Shown: positions 59,454-64,000 of the stretch, one piece after another | How positions within the stretch are numbered: the first letter of the stretch is position 1 | How the letters are laid out: the number at the start of each line of letters is the position of its first letter | Assembly (NCBI GenBank): GCA_035508435.1 | Contig: DATJNA010000207.1 | Coordinates: 11,837-75,836 of the forward strand | Reading direction: 5' to 3' | Length of the DNA stretch: 64,000 bases | Origin: Acetobacteraceae bacterium | GTDB lineage: Bacteria > Pseudomonadota > Alphaproteobacteria > Acetobacterales > Acetobacteraceae | Program-made: the position numbers and the translations under genes | The notes under the pieces: model-generated | The model's database searches: none | Told to the model about the DNA's origin: nothing | Seen by the model: the letters and a program-made list of their open reading frames with translations, nothing else

Positions 59454-60143
59454 ATGACATTCGATAACCGCACTGTCGTCGTCACCGGCGGTACCGGTGC
59501 TCTCGGCCGCGCGGTCGTGGAGCGATTGCTCGCGCAGGGCGCGCGCTGTGTCGTGCCGTACATCATCGCGCGGGAACTCGAGGATTTCCCCTTCACCGAC
59601 ACGGTCACGCTGATCGGGCCGTGCGAGCTGACCGACGAAGCCCAGGTCGCACAGCTCTATCAGCAGGCGGGCGAGCTCTGGGCCTCGATCCACATCGCCG
59701 GCGGCTTCGAAATGAGCATGCTCGCCGACACGACCAAGGCCGGGCTGATGCACATGCTGAGCATGAACCTGGTCACCTGCCACCTGTGCAGTCGCGCCGC
59801 GCTGGGGCAGTTCGGCGCGGCGGGCGGGCGCATCGTCAACATCGCCTCGCGCCCCGCGCTGGAGCCGCGCATGGGCGCCGGCATGACCGCCTATACCGCC
59901 GCCAAGGGCGCGGTCGCGGCGTTCACCCAGGCGCTCGCGGGGGAACTCGCGCCTCGCCACATCCTGGTCAACGCCATCGCCCCCTCGATCATCGATACGC
60001 CTGCGAACCGCGCGGCGATGCCGCAGGCGAACCATGCGACGTGGCCGAAGCCAGCCGAGATCGCGCCGACCATCACCTTCCTCGCCTCGCCCGAGAACAA
60101 GGTCACCACCGGCGCGATCGTGCCGGTGCCGGGAGGAACCTGA
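59454..60143 (+). CDS. SDR family oxidoreductase
   Basis: VVVTGGTGALGRAV and YTAAKGAV, 229 aa. GGGAGG lies upstream of ATG 59454. Confidence 0.88.
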   Translation: MTFDNRTVVVTGGTGALGRAVVERLLAQGARCVVPYIIARELEDFPFTDTVTLIGPCELTDEAQVAQLYQQAGELWASIHIAGGFEMSMLADTTKAGLMHMLSMNLVTCHLCSRAALGQFGAAGGRIVNIASRPALEPRMGAGMTAYTAAKGAVAAFTQALAGELAPRHILVNAIAPSIIDTPANRAAMPQANHATWPKPAEIAPTITFLASPENKVTTGAIVPVPGGT

Positions 60144-60777
60144 TCCGGCGCTAACGTCGGCCTCTATATGTCGCCACTATGCCGCCAACGCCGGCCTGAT
60201 ATGGCATTTATATCGCTCCGCCGCCCATATCTGCCCGCTCCCCCAGCCAATGGAGTGCGTCGTGGAGCGGCTCCGCGATACCGCGTTTGGTGCGCCAAGG
60301 TCACAAGATGACGCTGCGCCATTGCGTCTGGACGAACTCGAATCCTGTCCGACACCGGGCCAGATCGTATCGCAGATCGGCCTGGTGATCGCCGTCTGCC
60401 TGGGCCTGGGTTTGCTTGCGCGCATGCTCGTGGCAATCGTCGGCGTCTACTAGCCGCTTGACATAGATCAATGCCGGCAACGGCCCCATGGTTGCAAATG
60501 CATGCAGCCTTCAGTGCTTCGATCTGGTTGCCGCCGGCCTGACCCGTGCGCTGCGCACGCGCCGCGAGTCGGCCGGAATCGCCGCGGACAGCAGACGGAG
60601 GCGCAAGAGCAGTACGGTTTATATGGCGCGTATATGTGCGATCGCTGCGGGAGATATCGAAAATATACGGCGCAGCGGCTAGCTCACCGCACCGAACAAT
60701 GGCCGCGCTCGGAGGATGAGCGCGCCTGTGTCATGGCCGTTGGCCAGGGCGCCCGGCCACTGAAAAGGACCGCTTCA

Positions 60778-60861
60778 ATGTTGGATATCGTCTACCTGCT
60801 GATCGGCGCCGTCTTCCTCGGTGCCTGCGTGCTTTACACCTACGCCTGCGACCACCTGTGA
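60778..60861 (+). CDS. 27-aa hydrophobic peptide upstream of kdpF (not listed as its own ORF in the track)
   Basis: MLDIVYLLIGAVFLGACVLYTYACDHL, with AAAGGA 10 nt upstream. It ends 10 nt before kdpF. Coding status is unproven. Confidence 0.45.
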   Translation: MLDIVYLLIGAVFLGACVLYTYACDHL

Positions 60862-60871
60862 GGGCCGTGCC

Positions 60872-60961
60872 ATGATCTTCGACTACGTGCTGGGCGGCAT
60901 CGTCACCATCGGACTGCTTGGCTATCTGGTGTTTGCCCTGGTCCGCCCCGAGCGCTTCTGA
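60872..60961 (+). CDS. kdpF: K+-transporting ATPase subunit F
   Basis: The 29-aa peptide MIFDYVLGGIVTIGLLGYLVFALVRPERF is typical of KdpF (ending RPERF) and lies immediately upstream of kdpA. Confidence 0.7.
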   Translation: MIFDYVLGGIVTIGLLGYLVFALVRPERF

Positions 60962-61072
60962 CACCGCGTGCGGATTCTGGCCGCGCCGTCAGCGGATTGC
61001 GTGTCCAGAGCAATGCCGAACCCTGCTGTGCTGTCGGCGCCTTAGAAACTTCAAGCCGGAAGGCTCTTGGTC

Positions 61073-62800
61073 ATGACTGTCAACGGATGGCTGCAGATCG
61101 CGCTGTACTGCGTCCTGCTGCTGCTGATCACCCGCCCAGTCGGCGGCTACATGGCGCGCGTGTTCTCTGGCGAGCGCACATTGCTTTCTCCCGTGCTGCG
61201 CCCGGTGGAGCGCGTGACATATGCGCTCTGCGGCGTCGATGAGACGCAGGAGCAATATTGGGTGAGCTACGCGGTCGCCATGCTGGCGTTCAGCTTCGCC
61301 GGTTTCGTCGTGCTGTACGGATTGCAGCGGCTGCAGGCGCTGCTGCCGTTCAATCCCGCGGGCCAGACCGCGGTGGGGCAGGACCTCGCCTTCAACACCT
61401 CGGTCAGCTTCGTCACCAACACCAACTGGCAGTCGTACACGCCAGAAACGACGATGAGCTACCTCACGCAGATGGCCGGGCTGACGGTGCACAATTTCGC
61501 CTCGGCCGCCACCGGCATCGCTCTGGCGGTGGCGCTGGTGCGCGGCTTCGCGCGGCGCTCGGCGCGGACCATCGGCAATTTCTGGGTCGATCTGACCCGC
61601 TGCACGCTCTACATCCTGCTGCCGATCTCGATCGTCGTGGCGCTGGTGTTCATCTGGCAGGGCATGCCGCAGAATCTGAACGCCTACACCGACGCAACGA
61701 CGCTGGAAGGCGCCAAGCAGGTGATCGCCCAGGGACCGGTGGCGTCCCAGGAAGTCATCAAGATGCTGGGCACCAATGGCGGCGGCTTCTTCAACGCCAA
61801 CTCGTCGCATCCCTATGAGAACCCGACCGCGCTCACCAATCTGATCCAGATCCTGCTGATCTTCTCGCTCGGTGCCGGTCTGACCAACATGTTCGGCCGC
61901 ATGGTCGGCAGCGAGCGCCAGGGCTGGGCCATTTTCAGTGTGATGTTCGTACTGTTCCTGGCCGGCGTGGTGGTCTGCTTCTCTGCCGAAGCGCCAGGCA
62001 ATCCGGCCTTCGCCGCATTCCATGTCGACCAGACCGCGAGCGCCTTGCAGGCCGGCGGCAACATGGAAGGCAAGGAAGTCCGCTTCGGCATCGCCAACTC
62101 CGCATTGTTCACCACCATCACCACCGACGCGTCCTGCGGTGCGGTCAACAACATGCACGACAGCCTGCTGCCGCTCGCCGGCGCGGTGCCGATGGTCAAC
62201 ATCATGCTGGGCGAGATCATCTTCGGCGGCGTCGGCTCCGGCCTCTACGGCATGCTGTTGTTCGTCATCGTGGCGATGTTCGTCGCCGGCCTGATGGTCG
62301 GGCGAACCCCCGAGTATCTCGGCAAGAAGCTGGAGGCGAAGGAGGTCAAGATGGCGATGCTGGCCATCCTGGTGCTGTCGCTCTCCATGCTCGGCTGGAC
62401 CGCGTTGGCGGCGGTGCTGCCGGTGGGCACCGGTGCGACGAACAACAGCGGCCCGCACGGCTTCAGCGAGATGCTGTATGCCTACACCTCCGCCACCGGC
62501 AACAACGGCAGCGCCTTTGCCGGCCTGTCCGCTAACGTGCCATTCTGGAACGACACGCTGGGCCTGGCGATGTTCATGGGCCGCTTCCTGGTGATCATCC
62601 CGGCGCTCGCCGTCGCCGGATCGCTGGTGCAGAAAAAGATCGTGCCGGTCTCTGCCGGCACCTTCCCCACCGACGGCCCGTTGTTCGTCGGCCTGGTGAT
62701 CGGCGTGATCCTGATCACCGGCGGCCTGATCTTCTTCCCGGCGGTATCGCTCGGCCCGATCGTCGAGAGCTACGCGATGCATGCCGGCACACTCTACTAA
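61073..62800 (+). CDS. kdpA: potassium-transporting ATPase subunit A
   Basis: About 575 aa. [31 protein letters not shown] and NTNWQSY... are typical of KdpA. Confidence 0.95.
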   Translation: MTVNGWLQIALYCVLLLLITRPVGGYMARVFSGERTLLSPVLRPVERVTYALCGVDETQEQYWVSYAVAMLAFSFAGFVVLYGLQRLQALLPFNPAGQTAVGQDLAFNTSVSFVTNTNWQSYTPETTMSYLTQMAGLTVHNFASAATGIALAVALVRGFARRSARTIGNFWVDLTRCTLYILLPISIVVALVFIWQGMPQNLNAYTDATTLEGAKQVIAQGPVASQEVIKMLGTNGGGFFNANSSHPYENPTALTNLIQILLIFSLGAGLTNMFGRMVGSERQGWAIFSVMFVLFLAGVVVCFSAEAPGNPAFAAFHVDQTASALQAGGNMEGKEVRFGIANSALFTTITTDASCGAVNNMHDSLLPLAGAVPMVNIMLGEIIFGGVGSGLYGMLLFVIVAMFVAGLMVGRTPEYLGKKLEAKEVKMAMLAILVLSLSMLGWTALAAVLPVGTGATNNSGPHGFSEMLYAYTSATGNNGSAFAGLSANVPFWNDTLGLAMFMGRFLVIIPALAVAGSLVQKKIVPVSAGTFPTDGPLFVGLVIGVILITGGLIFFPAVSLGPIVESYAMHAGTLY

Positions 62801-62819
62801 CACAGGCAGTCCCAGTCCC

Positions 62820-64000
62820 ATGGAACACCATATCAACAAGCGGGCGGGCCGGTCCTCGATGCTGGACACCGCCATCCTGGTACCAGCCATCGGCGAGGCT
62901 TTCGCCAAGCTGAATCCGCGCGTGATGCTGAAGAACCCGGTGATGTTCGTGGTCGAGATCGTCGCCGCGCTCACCACAATCATCTTCTTGCGCGAGCTGA
63001 TCACCGGCGGCGGCACGCATCTCGGCGTCACCTTCCAGATCATCGTCTGGCTGTGGCTGACCGTGGTGTTCGCCAACTTCGCCGAGGCCGTCGCGGAAGG
63101 TCGCGGCAAGGCGCAGGCCGCCACGCTGCGCCGCGCGCGCACCGAGACGATGGCCAAGCGCCTCGCCACAATCAACGCGACCAGCTACGAGGAAGTGGGC
63201 GCGCCGCGGCTCCAGCCTGGCGATATCGTGCTGGTGGAAGCCGGCGACCTGATCCCCAGCGACGGCGATGTGGTGGAAGGCATCGCCTCGGTCGACGAAT
63301 CCGCGATCACCGGTGAATCCGCGCCGGTGATCCGCGAAAGCGGCGGCGACCGCTCCGCCGTCACCGGCGGTACGCGCGTGCTGTCGGACTGGGTGAAGGT
63401 GCGCATCACCGCAGCCCAGGGATCGACCTTCCTCGATCGCATGATCGCGTTGGTGGAAGGCGCCGAACGCCAGAAGACCCCGAACGAGATCGCGCTCAAC
63501 ATCTTGCTGGCCGGCCTGACCATCATCTTCGTCATCGCGGTGGCGACCATCCCGAGCTTCGCCACCTATGCGGGCGGTTTCGTCCCCGTGGTGATCCTGG
63601 TCGCCTTGTTCGTCGCGCTGATCCCGACAACGATCGGCGCCTTGCTCTCGGCCATCGGCATCGCCGGCATGGACCGCCTGGTGCGCTTCAACGTGCTGGC
63701 GATGTCCGGCCGCGCGGTGGAGGCCGCGGGTGACGTCGATACCCTCTTGCTCGACAAGACCGGCACCATCACGCTCGGCAATCGCCAGGCGACGGAATTC
63801 TTCCCGCTCACCGGCGTCAGCGAGAGCGAACTGGCGGACGCGGCGCAGCTTGCCTCATTGCCCGATGAGACGCCGGAAGGCCGCTCGATCGTCGTGCTCG
63901 CGAAGGAGAAGTACAACATCCGCGGCCGCGACATGGCGCCGATGGACGCGCACTTCATCGCCTTCTCGGCACAGACGCGCCTCTCGGGCATCGATGTTGA
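62820..64000 (+). CDS. kdpB: potassium-transporting ATPase subunit B (P-type ATPase), 3'-truncated by the window edge
   Basis: The open frame from ATG 62820 runs to the window end. [16 protein letters not shown] and the phosphorylation motif [10 protein letters not shown] are present. It is not in the ORF track because no stop lies inside the window. Confidence 0.95.
   Translation, partial: MEHHINKRAGRSSMLDTAILVPAIGEAFAKLNPRVMLKNPVMFVVEIVAALTTIIFLRELITGGGTHLGVTFQIIVWLWLTVVFANFAEAVAEGRGKAQAATLRRARTETMAKRLATINATSYEEVGAPRLQPGDIVLVEAGDLIPSDGDVVEGIASVDESAITGESAPVIRESGGDRSAVTGGTRVLSDWVKVRITAAQGSTFLDRMIALVEGAERQKTPNEIALNILLAGLTIIFVIAVATIPSFATYAGGFVPVVILVALFVALIPTTIGALLSAIGIAGMDRLVRFNVLAMSGRAVEAAGDVDTLLLDKTGTITLGNRQATEFFPLTGVSESELADAAQLASLPDETPEGRSIVVLAKEKYNIRGRDMAPMDAHFIAFSAQTRLSGIDV

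Noticed and set aside
60250-60453. 67-aa ORF ending in a hydrophobic helix (GLVIAVCLGLGLLARMLVAIVGVY)
   Set aside because: No clear SD, an N-terminal half that is not protein-like, and no family recognised. I left it out of the feature list.
60989-63175. 728-aa ORF antisense to kdpA/kdpB
   Set aside because: A shadow ORF. The sense strand carries clear KdpA and KdpB sequences with proper SDs.

Overview
This is a 64 kb stretch of a high-GC alphaproteobacterial chromosome. Hand-counted 100-nt samples of native genes run in the high 60s to 70% G+C. REP-like intergenic palindromes, a divergent ssb/uvrA pair with a GAAC-N7-GAAC box, and acnA next to ccmA suggest a Hyphomicrobiales/Bradyrhizobiaceae-like organism, but that is only a recollection-based guess. 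Most of the window is ordinary housekeeping and metabolism:
- three enoyl-CoA hydratases, four SDRs and a family III CoA-transferase;
- cysD/cysNC, a MetE-like gene, ssb, uvrA, acnA, ccmA, fetAB and a LysR regulator;
- an S49 peptidase and an OFA-type MFS transporter with a small subunit;
- a GT39 glycosyltransferase, a degenerate GGDEF-EAL protein and prs;
- an rbsACB-porin-rbsK sugar locus and an NtaA-like monooxygenase;
- a Tat-signal phosphoesterase, an epimerase, and kdpF/A/B, which runs off the 3' end.

I found no rRNA, tRNA, CRISPR array, integrase or transposase.

Two patches look accessory. (1) At about 52.9-56.75 kb there is a low-GC islet (47-50% in hand-counted samples). It holds about 1.07 kb of non-coding DNA rich in inverted repeats, then a single orphan 852-aa protein. 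That protein has an unrecognisable N-terminal region of about 520 aa and a DUF3422-like C-terminus made of long helices plus two TM segments. This is my best candidate for an undescribed system. (2) At about 4.3-11.2 kb a sulfotransferase-cysD-cysNC operon (a PAPS-making sulfation module) sits next to an orphan HigA-like HTH. These genes adjoin a lower-GC GT25 glycosyltransferase and a radical SAM/SPASM enzyme, both preceded by short tandem repeats.

Other observations include a REP-like repeat family at four loci, several perfect tandem repeats in intergenic regions, a ribokinase N-terminal remnant upstream of the porin, two sub-60-aa ORFs absent from the ORF track (the 42-aa MFS small subunit and kdpF) plus a 27-aa peptide visible only as the tail of a longer track ORF, and an apparently orphan ccmA. 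All family assignments come from motif recognition by eye. No searches were run, and start codons are often uncertain.
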